IMG/VR virus record: IMGVR_UViG_3300025133_000137
Span: 1 to 54,541 of that record
Origin: a virus
Taxonomy: Duplodnaviria; Caudoviricetes
Reading direction: 5' to 3' (one strand)
DNA length: 54,541 bases
The translations under genes were made by a program, and so were the position numbers. The notes below the pieces were generated by a model. It made no database searches. It saw only the letters and a program-made list of their open reading frames with translations, and was not told the DNA's origin. How positions within the stretch are numbered: position 1 is the stretch's first letter; every line of letters begins with the position of its first letter. Shown one piece after another: positions 45,882 to 54,541 of this stretch.

Positions 45882-47882
45882 ATGAACCTTGCTGAAATCC
45901 GGACGAGGATCTTTAATCAGATTGACTGGGCTCCAACTACCAGTTCTGAAGCGGTAACTCGTACCAATGGTTTTATTAATCGTGCTTACGAACAACTCTG
46001 TTTAGAGGCCCCTTTCTGTTTCTTTGAGTCAGAGGTTAAACTTTCGACTCTACCCGATGTCCTTTCAAATGACGAGTGCAGTACGGCAAATGGGATTAAT
46101 CCTATTTTAGTACCGGTTATTGAGGCGTCGGGTATCGGTATTGCAGACCGTCTTACCTTTGGGACTCAGACCCCCAGCATGATTGCCACTCAGAGAAATG
46201 CGGACGAACAAGCCGATACTGCTGGGGTATTACCTGTTGGTGCGAATACCACCCAGGATACAAATGAAAGTATTCGTTCATGGGCCCCCAATCCTTGGGT
46301 TTTGACCTGGAACTTCGCAGCTTCTGCTGCGCTCTGGCAACAGTTTGTGGCTGCTGGTGGCGTCGTACCTCCGATTGATGGCTCGTGGGATGGTAGGAAT
46401 ATCGATCTCTATGGACCTGATGGGAAATGGCATACGAATCGAATTCGGGAGGTTTGGTTTGAGGCGCAGGCAGTTGAGGGATTTCCTGATATGCTTAGTT
46501 ATTGGATTGTTTTATGGAATCCTTTTCCGATTGAACAATTTGATTACAGCACAACTACGTTTAAGTACCGTGTCTATACGGAGAATTACTATTTTCCTGA
46601 TGATATGATTAAGGCTCATTCTGTTGTCATTAATGATGATCAGCGTACTTATCCTGTGGATATAATTCTTCAGGAAGAAGCGGAACAGTTCTCGCTGACA
46701 GATCATTTTGAGATGGCGAGTGGTATACCTTCTGTTGCTTATCGTAGATCCCACTTCCAGTTACCTGCCCCAAATACAGCTCCTATTGCTAGTCTTAACG
46801 TTTGGGAGTCTTCAAATATCCATTGGCATGGTCCTGAGCCTGCGGGTACGTTTAGTTATCTCGTTACTTACTGTATTGGATCTAGAAACTTATATAATCG
46901 AAATCCGGGCCCAGGCATGTTCGATGAAGACTATACGAATAATTTCCTCCAGAATGGTCGTAATACCTTTTTCGGAGTTTGGCCTTACTATGAACCCACA
47001 ACCCCAGGGGAAACTTCAGGTAATGTAGTTCCCTGGCATCCTTCTTCCAATCGTTTTCGAGAGCCCCTATGGGAATCTGCTCCGTCACCCATCTCGTCTC
47101 TGGTTACGGTAAGGCTTGACCCAGAAGGGGGTGTCGGTACTAATGAGGCGGTAACTCTCCAAGTTCCAAACATTGCTTTCATGCTTGGGATGCTTGGATC
47201 AGGGCTGTATGAAGATGATTCCCATCTCACACGTTCTTTCCGGCGTCCCTTTGCGGATCACTGTGGAGTTCGGATTCGGATTTATCGACGGAGGCACACA
47301 CAGGACTGGACAAACTATGAAATTCTGCGGGCGGCTGCCCCGCCCCATCTAGAAGGGGCGACTTATACTTCTCTTGAAGTTGATGGCGTTCTACAAGCTC
47401 CTTCTGGCCACATTGAAATCTCAGATGCATATTATTTACTGGCCGAGATGCAGGTTACCGACTCGAATAGGGGGATTTACATCGACGATGGGCAGGTACA
47501 TCCTGACTATAATCGAAGGCTGAGAGATGTTCATGGTTATCAATCAATGGGCCTTTATCCTATTCCCGATAAGACTTATAATTTCAAAGTCCGCTGTCTG
47601 CGCCGCCCACCAAAGCTCATTGACGATCAAGATGTCCCTCTTGTCCATGCTGAAGCCTGTAATGCTTTAATTGACTTAGCTGCTTCTTATTGGTATGAAG
47701 CAGAAGGCGTACCCGAGATGGCTAGGCAGATGCGAGAGCGCTATGATAGGGGCATTTTTGATTTAAAGAAGAGATATGGTAACCTACAGAGCCAAGCGAA
47801 CCCCCATCTTAAACGCCTTTCAAGAGCGAAAGCAGGGTTCAGGCGGACACGTCCTTTGCGTAAGTGGTGGACACTACCTTAA
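45882..47882 (+). CDS. Head-tail adaptor (tail tubular A-like) enlarged by inserted beta domains
   Basis: MNLAEIR..I...FINRAY, Y.FP.D, LYPIPD..Y...P..L....D.P...AL..LA. Confidence 0.7.
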   Translation: MNLAEIRTRIFNQIDWAPTTSSEAVTRTNGFINRAYEQLCLEAPFCFFESEVKLSTLPDVLSNDECSTANGINPILVPVIEASGIGIADRLTFGTQTPSMIATQRNADEQADTAGVLPVGANTTQDTNESIRSWAPNPWVLTWNFAASAALWQQFVAAGGVVPPIDGSWDGRNIDLYGPDGKWHTNRIREVWFEAQAVEGFPDMLSYWIVLWNPFPIEQFDYSTTTFKYRVYTENYYFPDDMIKAHSVVINDDQRTYPVDIILQEEAEQFSLTDHFEMASGIPSVAYRRSHFQLPAPNTAPIASLNVWESSNIHWHGPEPAGTFSYLVTYCIGSRNLYNRNPGPGMFDEDYTNNFLQNGRNTFFGVWPYYEPTTPGETSGNVVPWHPSSNRFREPLWESAPSPISSLVTVRLDPEGGVGTNEAVTLQVPNIAFMLGMLGSGLYEDDSHLTRSFRRPFADHCGVRIRIYRRRHTQDWTNYEILRAAAPPHLEGATYTSLEVDGVLQAPSGHIEISDAYYLLAEMQVTDSNRGIYIDDGQVHPDYNRRLRDVHGYQSMGLYPIPDKTYNFKVRCLRRPPKLIDDQDVPLVHAEACNALIDLAASYWYEAEGVPEMARQMRERYDRGIFDLKKRYGNLQSQANPHLKRLSRAKAGFRRTRPLRKWWTLP

Positions 47883-47897
47883 TCCCAGGAGTTAGTG

Positions 47898-48143
47898 ATG
47901 GATTTTATTTGCGGTGCAATCTACCGAGTTAAAAACGAGCCAGAATCATACGGAATGATGCTAGCAACGGAGATGAAGAATGGAATATCCCACGGGCTAT
48001 TCCAACGCTTCGGTCACGCTCCTATGCGGATTAACAATGATTACAATGGCGGGATGGATCTCGAACTCGTTTCAGTTCCAGGTGCCCAGACTACACCCAC
48101 GAAAAAACCAGGTCGGAAAAAGCGTCTTGCCTTAGAGAAATAA
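47898..48143 (+). CDS. Small hypothetical protein
   Basis: aggag RBS; basic C-tail. Confidence 0.55.
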   Translation: MDFICGAIYRVKNEPESYGMMLATEMKNGISHGLFQRFGHAPMRINNDYNGGMDLELVSVPGAQTTPTKKPGRKKRLALEK

Positions 48144-48153
48144 GGGGGATGTT

Positions 48154-50604
48154 ATGGCGACAAAGCGTAATCGGCTTACTTCCGGTACGCTCTCATTACG
48201 AGTTGAAAGTAATAAGTTTATTCTAGCGGATACAATTGCTTCTCATATTCGTAATATGGTGCCGACCGAGGAGGGGACCTTACGTGGAATTCGTGGTCCG
48301 TGTCCATATGTGCCGTATAATCCGAATCTAGCTGCGGCCCTTCCACCGAATAGTGGTCGGCCTATTTTTCCTATGGAGGGGCTCCTAGCTACGAAAGGAC
48401 TTTTCCATGCCGTACTACCTACCTATAATCGGGATGTTCTTCTTTTAGAGGCGCATAGTACAATATGGGAGCTTCAGGGTTGGATGCATGGTTGGCGTCC
48501 CCTTGTAGGTCAAAATCCCCTATCTCTTTTGGTCGTTCAGTCCTGGCTTAATGATGATGCTCCACGTTTTCCAACACAGTTTGAGGTGACAGATACTGGG
48601 ATTATTATTGTTCCCCAGGGGGGGCGCGCTTATTTTTATGATGGTAAGTGCGTAGCCCAGTTGGGGTATACAGAGATTCCGGGTCCTCCAACAGGGCATG
48701 GACCGGCTTCGACCGAAGATTATGTCACTTACGCCCGATTAGAGCGGGGCACTTTTGATATTGCTACTACAACCTACTATCCTGATCGTTACATCTACGG
48801 AGAGGAGATCCCTCTAGTAGACGAAGCCTTCGGTAATCCTATTGAAGTTGGGTTTGCAGATCCCCTTTTGAATAATGATTCATACGCACATGATAGTCAG
48901 CAGGGGTTTAAAACGGCTATGCATCGTGACTTTGGGTATGGACGGGTGGGAACAGTCGAGCCAAATCCGGGTGATGTGGGGGTGAATGGCATTGTCTTAA
49001 ATTGCCGTTATCAAGCAGCAATTCAATGGATAGATCGCTGGGGTAATCTCTCCCCATTAGGAGGGCGTAGCAATGAGGTTTATATTACTGAGCAACCTTC
49101 TTTTATATATAGTGAGACTACAGATTCAACAGAAGAAGACATAGTAACGGAAGTTAGTCCGGGGAAAATAGATTTAGTTTTGAAGCAAGTCGCATGGAGT
49201 GGTATTGAGGCTGGACCAGAAAGGACTATTGGACGGATTCTTTGTCGTACGAAAGATTTAGACCACTCAGGAACATCCAGCTTATTCATGATGCGATCTT
49301 ACGCAGCAGAAGGGGGAGCTAATTTTGCGACAATTCCTGATAACGATACTTCTTTTTTTCCTGACAATGTACCTGATTCGTGGCTGTTTATCCCTGTAAA
49401 GGAGCCTATACCTATCCCGGAGTTTAAGCTTTCTCGGGCCGCTTTCGGTCGGCACTTTATTGCAAATATGACAGCAGAAGAGGGCCTTGTTCGTTGGTCA
49501 ATGCCCGGTAGGTGGGGTACTTTTCTTAAAGATGACTATATATTCCCAGACCCTACCGGAGCGCAGGTCACGGGCCTCTGGCGCTGTGCCCAGGGACTAC
49601 TCGTTTTCACCTCTGGGAGTACATACCTTTTTACCCCGAACAGTTCAGGGGACGGTTTTAAGAGCCAGACAGTAAGTGCCACAGTGGGGTGCGCAGCACC
49701 AAATTCTCTCTCTACGACAGAAACAGGTTTGACTATTTGGTTATCTTATTCGGGTTTTTATACTTATAGTTCAGCTGGAATTAATCCAATTAGTGCGCCT
49801 ATTGAGCGCACACTGAAGACGCTTAACCGTAGTCGACTTCGCCAAGCTTGTGCAGCGATAGATGCGGAGACAGGTGAGTATAGATGTTGGGTAGCTCGTT
49901 ACTCTTCAAAAGAGAATGATTTATGCTTCGTATATGATGGGGTAGGGTGGCGGGAACGTGATGATATAATTGTTACAGGACTCTGTGTTACCCGAGATCA
50001 CCGTCAGTATATGTTAGCGGCTGGTCGTCAGTTTAGGAATGGAGATCTTTATCAACCCCCACTTAGCTCTGGGCCCGAAGATGGGTATGGAGTATATAAT
50101 CCATCTCCAGTTGAGCCTCCCGACTATAACGTCTGGGTTATCGATCATGAGAATCAAGCTTATATACCAATTCGAAGTCCTGCTTTAGTTGAGACCGCGT
50201 GGCTAACAGGGCTAGCGGGGAGAGAACGTGCAACAGCTTTGACAGTTTATTTTTGGTTAAGAGAAACAAAGAAAAATACAGCGTCCTATCCTCCCTTTGA
50301 TACAGAGGGGGACTTAACCGTAGAGGTATGTCGAGATTGGCGTGAGACAGTAATCGAGACTGTAACTACTGATTTAGTTCCTGATGACGATCTCCCCCCA
50401 TTCTATAACGACACACTTTTAGGCACTGACTCTCTTTGGATTAGACGCAGACCTTATTGGGTACGTGCATTTATTTACGTACCTTCGTGTGAGGTCTTTA
50501 AACTTCGGATATATAATACAGGGGACTGGGAATTCTTGGGACTCGTCTTCGATGAGCAACCCAAGAGGAGCGGTGGCGCTCGTATTCCAGTTTCTAGCGG
50601 GTAG
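48154..50604 (+). CDS. Tail nozzle/stabilization protein (P22 gp10 / tail tubular B-like beta-propeller)
   Basis: NM.P..EG.L, VRWS, VTGL...LLVF, VGC.APNS, WLS..G.Y, I..IS.PI. Confidence 0.75.
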   Translation: MATKRNRLTSGTLSLRVESNKFILADTIASHIRNMVPTEEGTLRGIRGPCPYVPYNPNLAAALPPNSGRPIFPMEGLLATKGLFHAVLPTYNRDVLLLEAHSTIWELQGWMHGWRPLVGQNPLSLLVVQSWLNDDAPRFPTQFEVTDTGIIIVPQGGRAYFYDGKCVAQLGYTEIPGPPTGHGPASTEDYVTYARLERGTFDIATTTYYPDRYIYGEEIPLVDEAFGNPIEVGFADPLLNNDSYAHDSQQGFKTAMHRDFGYGRVGTVEPNPGDVGVNGIVLNCRYQAAIQWIDRWGNLSPLGGRSNEVYITEQPSFIYSETTDSTEEDIVTEVSPGKIDLVLKQVAWSGIEAGPERTIGRILCRTKDLDHSGTSSLFMMRSYAAEGGANFATIPDNDTSFFPDNVPDSWLFIPVKEPIPIPEFKLSRAAFGRHFIANMTAEEGLVRWSMPGRWGTFLKDDYIFPDPTGAQVTGLWRCAQGLLVFTSGSTYLFTPNSSGDGFKSQTVSATVGCAAPNSLSTTETGLTIWLSYSGFYTYSSAGINPISAPIERTLKTLNRSRLRQACAAIDAETGEYRCWVARYSSKENDLCFVYDGVGWRERDDIIVTGLCVTRDHRQYMLAAGRQFRNGDLYQPPLSSGPEDGYGVYNPSPVEPPDYNVWVIDHENQAYIPIRSPALVETAWLTGLAGRERATALTVYFWLRETKKNTASYPPFDTEGDLTVEVCRDWRETVIETVTTDLVPDDDLPPFYNDTLLGTDSLWIRRRPYWVRAFIYVPSCEVFKLRIYNTGDWEFLGLVFDEQPKRSGGARIPVSSG

Positions 50605-50610
50605 GTTTAT

Positions 50611-51576
50611 ATGGCTTGGAAATTTACACTCCACAATATGAAACCCGAACACTCGTTGTCCGTTATGGATATTAATGATAATTTTATTGAGATCATTGAT
50701 GAGATGGGTTCTTTGAATGAGCAGAATTGGAATGATCGATTTTTATTCCGAGTTGATTTAGGGCCCACTGAAACAAATGAGATCGTAAATTCAATAGAAG
50801 ATGCCGCTGCGTATGTAATTAACCAGACGGCTCATATCATAAATCCTAACTTTGATTTAGAGAATGATTTTGATGATGAGGTGATGCAAACCTTCTCATT
50901 TGAGTTGAACGAGGATGGAGGCTGGAATCCCATTCCTTTTGGGGGAGCATCTATTGAGAGTGATACTGAGATGCAGTTCACGTCTAAAGGCGGGAAGCTG
51001 TGGATTATGGCATCTTTTCAATATAGTAGCGGAACTTCTTGGTTTGGTTTTCCTCAACAGCGAGTTGATAAGCAGACATGGAACGGTGTTGGATTGGATG
51101 ATCCCACAGAAGCTGTCTTTCATAGTGAGGGGGGGAGGCTAGCTCTCAATACAAGGAGTGCTGGGGCTGAGTTTGCTATTCAGGTGGACGGTACTATTAT
51201 CCCTGAATCAATTTTGGGATCAGGCGAAAGTTCTGTTCAAGACCCTACTGTTTTTAGGCAGTGGAAGAGTACACCCCCTCTTCCGATGCTTCCTGAAAAT
51301 GTATGGGGACCTCTTCGGGGGTCTACCCCTGGGTGTTGGGGAGATCGTCTTCCTTGCGTGGTAGAGGCGCTTGTTTCTATCGCTCCTGGGGTTCACACCG
51401 TTAGGGTTGTTGCTAGAGTCCCTAAGCCCCTAGAATCAAGACGGCCTGCGTCCCTTGAAGCTTGGAATGACGGAAATGTCTATCCGAATGTCGCGACTCC
51501 TGGATTTGAGTATGTTCCGCTTCCCTTGCAATGGGTAACAAATCGTGAGTTAATCGTTATAGAAATTTTGAGGTGA
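50611..51576 (+). CDS. Tail-associated protein, paralog 1
   Basis: N-terminal ..INDNF attachment-like motif; beta-rich; ends RELIVIEI. Confidence 0.6.
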   Translation: MAWKFTLHNMKPEHSLSVMDINDNFIEIIDEMGSLNEQNWNDRFLFRVDLGPTETNEIVNSIEDAAAYVINQTAHIINPNFDLENDFDDEVMQTFSFELNEDGGWNPIPFGGASIESDTEMQFTSKGGKLWIMASFQYSSGTSWFGFPQQRVDKQTWNGVGLDDPTEAVFHSEGGRLALNTRSAGAEFAIQVDGTIIPESILGSGESSVQDPTVFRQWKSTPPLPMLPENVWGPLRGSTPGCWGDRLPCVVEALVSIAPGVHTVRVVARVPKPLESRRPASLEAWNDGNVYPNVATPGFEYVPLPLQWVTNRELIVIEILR

Positions 51577-51578
51577 AT

Positions 51579-51845
51579 ATGGTTATTCCACCAGCAGTGA
51601 TGAAAGCAGGGCTTGCACTCCTACAAGTAGGGGGGACGGTAGCAGCAGCACAAAAACGAAAGCTCGATAAAATGAGAGAAGAAGAAGAAGAAGAAGACCA
51701 GGGTCGGTCTAAAACGCAGAGAATTCTTATTCAAAAAGAAGACCTACAACCACAACAGGTTCCTCTTCCTACTCTAGAAGAGGAAGAAGGTCAGAGTCTT
51801 GATACGCCCGAAGACCTGCAATTAGAAGGCGTCCACTATGCCTGA
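51579..51845 (+). CDS. Small acidic low-complexity protein
   Basis: gaggtg RBS; N-terminal hydrophobic Gly/Ala helix, poly-Glu. Confidence 0.55.
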   Translation: MVIPPAVMKAGLALLQVGGTVAAAQKRKLDKMREEEEEEDQGRSKTQRILIQKEDLQPQQVPLPTLEEEEGQSLDTPEDLQLEGVHYA

Positions 51846-53049
51846 GATTACTTTTGTCCCTTATCTAGAGGGACAACCCTATGACGCAGCATCATTGAAT
51901 ACACGCTTTTCTGCTGTAGAGACCGGTTTAGAGAGTCTAAGACCAGATATTCAATTTGGTTCAGAAGGACTTGGATCTCCGCACCTCCCTAGCCTAGCTG
52001 GATATGTTGTAAATACTGCCCAACCACAAACCCCATTTCTAATACAAGTCGCCGGGGATACCTATACTACGGGACCCCCCCTAACTTTTGCCGCAAACGA
52101 ACATCCAATTCCAGGGGCCCAGTCCATGCTAAACTTAGCGGAAGATCCCCCGTCCACTTGGGTTCCAGGTAATTACCCAGGGGAACTCGCGCCGGGAATA
52201 ACCCTTATCAGTGATAATAACTATTGGTTGCCGTTACGAGCGGGGGCTGACGGCGGGGGATCGGATAACACTCTCGCGCTGTGTTTTGGGGATCTCCTAA
52301 GCGAAGATGATCAAAATCACTTGTATTTAGATCAACCTACTGCGCTTGCTCAAGAGGAAGTCTGGGCACAAGGACTAGTTGTACTTGCGAACTTCCAGTT
52401 TAAAAATCTTGTACGACAACGAGCTGACGGTGAAGGGCCGGGTGACATGCGTCCCTTTTTGGGGACACGTTTTTATGCGGCTTTTTGTATTCAAATTCTA
52501 ACTTACGTTGACGATTGGGAACCAGGTGTTTCTGGTGTTGGAACGGAGAATATGGTATGGCGTATAGTTCCTCGGACGATTCGTTTTGTCTCAGAAAAGA
52601 CCCTTCCAAATGCAGGTCATACTCGTGCCCCATCACCTTCTGTTGCACTTAATATTTTCAAGAATACGGCTGGAAATGATGGAACCACTGTTGCGCCTTA
52701 TGAATGGCTAAATGAGCACGCCTCAGAAGAAAGTTGGATTGATATTTCAATTCGAACAGTTATTCGAAAGGAGGATTTGCTAGCTTCAGGGCAGAGAGTC
52801 TCCCCTGAGACTGGCCCCCTTTTAGGTGTGAGGGTCGCAATCGGTCAGTGGATAGTTTGGCCTGGTCCGGTTCAACCCGGTTCTTATGCGAATGACCCAA
52901 TACCCGGCTGGGATATTTTTTCTGGTTATGGCGGTCCTCCAGATGGTCTTTTTGATGTGGGTCTGCCCCAAATGAGCTTTATCCGTCAAGGCAATCTTAC
53001 AGTATTCCCTCTTCATGCGGGTGAAAACATTAAACGGTTGATACCCTAA
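51838..53049 (+). CDS. Tail-associated protein, paralog 2
   Basis: N-terminal Y.EG.P.DAASLN.RF. Confidence 0.6.
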   Translation: MPEITFVPYLEGQPYDAASLNTRFSAVETGLESLRPDIQFGSEGLGSPHLPSLAGYVVNTAQPQTPFLIQVAGDTYTTGPPLTFAANEHPIPGAQSMLNLAEDPPSTWVPGNYPGELAPGITLISDNNYWLPLRAGADGGGSDNTLALCFGDLLSEDDQNHLYLDQPTALAQEEVWAQGLVVLANFQFKNLVRQRADGEGPGDMRPFLGTRFYAAFCIQILTYVDDWEPGVSGVGTENMVWRIVPRTIRFVSEKTLPNAGHTRAPSPSVALNIFKNTAGNDGTTVAPYEWLNEHASEESWIDISIRTVIRKEDLLASGQRVSPETGPLLGVRVAIGQWIVWPGPVQPGSYANDPIPGWDIFSGYGGPPDGLFDVGLPQMSFIRQGNLTVFPLHAGENIKRLIP

Positions 53050-54014
53050 TGCCCGATCTTACTCTAAATACTTTTATAGATGGGACTCCCGCAGATGCGG
53101 CGAGTCTGAGTCAGAACTTTTATACTCCCCAAGTCTTTAACACGCCTCTTCCAGATGCCGTTTCTTTTGAGCTTCTTAATGGCTGGCTAGAGCGGGATAA
53201 TAAGGAGGCCGATACTAAGGTTTCGCGAGAAGCGATACAACCTAGTGCCCTAACAGAAGGGCGTATGGTAGGTGGTACTCTAAATCAGGATTACTTTAAA
53301 TCTCTTTTCCCCAAATTCTGCAACTGGGAAAATGCTACACAGGATATCTATCCATCGGAGCCGGAGCCTGCCGATTTTGATTTTGAATATCAAGGCACCG
53401 AAGGCACCGAGGGCAGTGCCGAACATGATTCATTCCTCACAATTCCAGGGGCCTCCATTAATTTTTATAATCCGTATGAGAAAGCCTTTATTCTTTTTAC
53501 GTGGAATATTCGGTGGACTCACGATGGGGAGGCAATCATGTTTGGCCGCTTACCAGGCGGGGTGATACCCTTTAATATTACTGAAACTGCTCAAGAGGAT
53601 GCAGCTATTCGTTTTTTTCTTAAAACACCCACTAATTACGGATATGTGCCTGGAATTGGGGCCTCAGCAGATTACTCTGATGCGCTTAGACGGCGTGTAG
53701 GGCAGATTAATATTGGGTTGGAAACGCATAGTCAATTTCCAAGTAAAGAGGTCGGAGGACCGGGCCGGTTCGATTATTTACGTCATCGAGAATGGTCAGG
53801 CCACTGCGCATTAGGTGTCTCTCGCGGTGAGAATTTGATTAATCCTTCGGTGCCAGCTCTAGGCCCCCTTCGGTATCCAGGTAGCAATACCGGGGTGTCA
53901 CGTGGATGGTATGGAGGAAGCTTACGAATTGCTTCTGGTGCAAAACAAGCTCGTGTCCAAGTCCGCTCAATGCGTTATATTTGTTTTAAGTTAGAAGATA
54001 CCCCAGCTGGTTAA
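53049..54014 (+). CDS. Tail-associated protein, paralog 3
   Basis: N-terminal F.DG.P.DAASLS.NF; TAATG coupling. Confidence 0.6.
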   Translation: MPDLTLNTFIDGTPADAASLSQNFYTPQVFNTPLPDAVSFELLNGWLERDNKEADTKVSREAIQPSALTEGRMVGGTLNQDYFKSLFPKFCNWENATQDIYPSEPEPADFDFEYQGTEGTEGSAEHDSFLTIPGASINFYNPYEKAFILFTWNIRWTHDGEAIMFGRLPGGVIPFNITETAQEDAAIRFFLKTPTNYGYVPGIGASADYSDALRRRVGQINIGLETHSQFPSKEVGGPGRFDYLRHREWSGHCALGVSRGENLINPSVPALGPLRYPGSNTGVSRGWYGGSLRIASGAKQARVQVRSMRYICFKLEDTPAG

Positions 54015-54027
54015 GAAGGATGAGACA

Positions 54028-54541
54028 ATGGCATTCGAAGATAAATTAAGAGATAAGGCAATCAAAGCCGCACTTCCCCCGACGCAAGATGATCCCGACC
54101 AACAGCTCCTAGACAAACTATATGCCGCTGAGGAGTCTCCAGCAGCAGAAGTGGACACCCCCCCTACGATGGATCGATACCATGGGAAAGGTCCCGGTAA
54201 GACCTACACGGATAAATTCGATCCGGAATGGTCCTATCGTTTGTATGACGATGGCTCGATTGAGATTATTGCGGCTCCGGAAACATCGACGCTAAAGCTG
54301 CCTTATACTCCGAAGAGAGATGGGCGCGCCTATGAGGCTATCTTTAACCAGGTGACTGGGGCTGAACCGAAAGCGCCAACTGAACCGAAAGCGCCAACTG
54401 AACCGAAAGCGCCAACTGAACCGAAAGCGCCAACTGAACCGAAAGCGCCAACGGAGGCTGTCGAGGAAACAGTTACGGAAACAGTTACGGAACCCGCTAT
54501 TCCAGGCGGTGATGATTCTGGCGACAGCGGATTGATTACCG
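54028..54541 (+). CDS. 5' part of the wrap-around virion-associated protein (MAFEDKLRDKAIKAALPP...), continuing at position 1
   Basis: aagga RBS, ATG 54028, open to the window end; missing from the ORF track because it has no stop within the window. Confidence 0.8.
   Translation, partial: MAFEDKLRDKAIKAALPPTQDDPDQQLLDKLYAAEESPAAEVDTPPTMDRYHGKGPGKTYTDKFDPEWSYRLYDDGSIEIIAAPETSTLKLPYTPKRDGRAYEAIFNQVTGAEPKAPTEPKAPTEPKAPTEPKAPTEPKAPTEAVEETVTETVTEPAIPGGDDSGDSGLIT
54364..54452 (+). repeat. Five tandem 18-nt units gaaccgaaagcgccaact encoding (EPKAPT)5
   Basis: Seen directly; followed by two copies of gaaacagttacg. Confidence 0.95.

Larger units (their letters stand above)
1..54541. other. Complete (circularly closed) tailed phage genome, podovirus-like
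   Basis: The last 18 nt equal the first 18 nt and the ORF at 54028 continues in frame into 1..335. TerL, portal, MCP, adaptor/nozzle, ejection proteins, PolA and primase are present; no tape measure, sheath or integrase seen. Confidence 0.9.

Noticed and set aside
54364-54452. Possible CRISPR array or iteron array
   Set aside because: Head-to-tail 18-mers with no spacers, inside an open frame encoding (EPKAPT)5.
1-54541. TAG stop-codon reassignment, suggested by the abundance of TAG/CTAG
   Set aside because: Genes ending in TAG (e.g. dam, the nuclease, MCP, the giant protein) end at plausible C-termini and are followed by an RBS and new start; coding density is already high under the standard code.

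Overview
The window is an apparently complete, circularly closed genome of about 54.5 kb from a tailed dsDNA phage, probably podovirus-like. The ORF starting at 54028 runs off the right end and continues in frame into 1..335. There are three transcription blocks. (i) A rightward block runs 32250..54541 and on through 1..13851: HTH, primase-helicase, TerS/TerL, portal, scaffold, major capsid protein, adaptor and nozzle, three paralogous tail proteins, internal/ejection proteins including a 2554-aa giant, decoration-like proteins and lysis genes. (ii) A leftward block covers 29500..13784: small early genes, a Cys-rich radical-SAM-like protein, DUF932, an SNF2 helicase, two ribbon-helix-helix (RHH) proteins, a Dam methylase, a nuclease-Sak4-SSB recombination module, a UDG-PolA fusion polymerase and a mini-Rad50-like ATPase. 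(iii) A short rightward island spans 30019..31552. I recognised no integrase, cI-type repressor, tRNA, CRISPR array or prohead protease. The most striking signal is a 13-residue helix, phi-x-x-phi-R-x-x-A-A-K-x-A-L, at or near a terminus of six otherwise unrelated morphogenesis-region proteins. It resembles the scaffold C-terminus and is a candidate capsid cargo-loading signal. Other highlights are a GGTGWCACC palindrome in the spacer of three sigma70-like promoters, an iteron-rich origin candidate, a zinc-finger cassette flanked by an in-frame duplication of a gene start, and a self-promoted membrane gene with a structured leader antisense to the lysis module. All product calls come from reading motifs by eye; no database searches were run.
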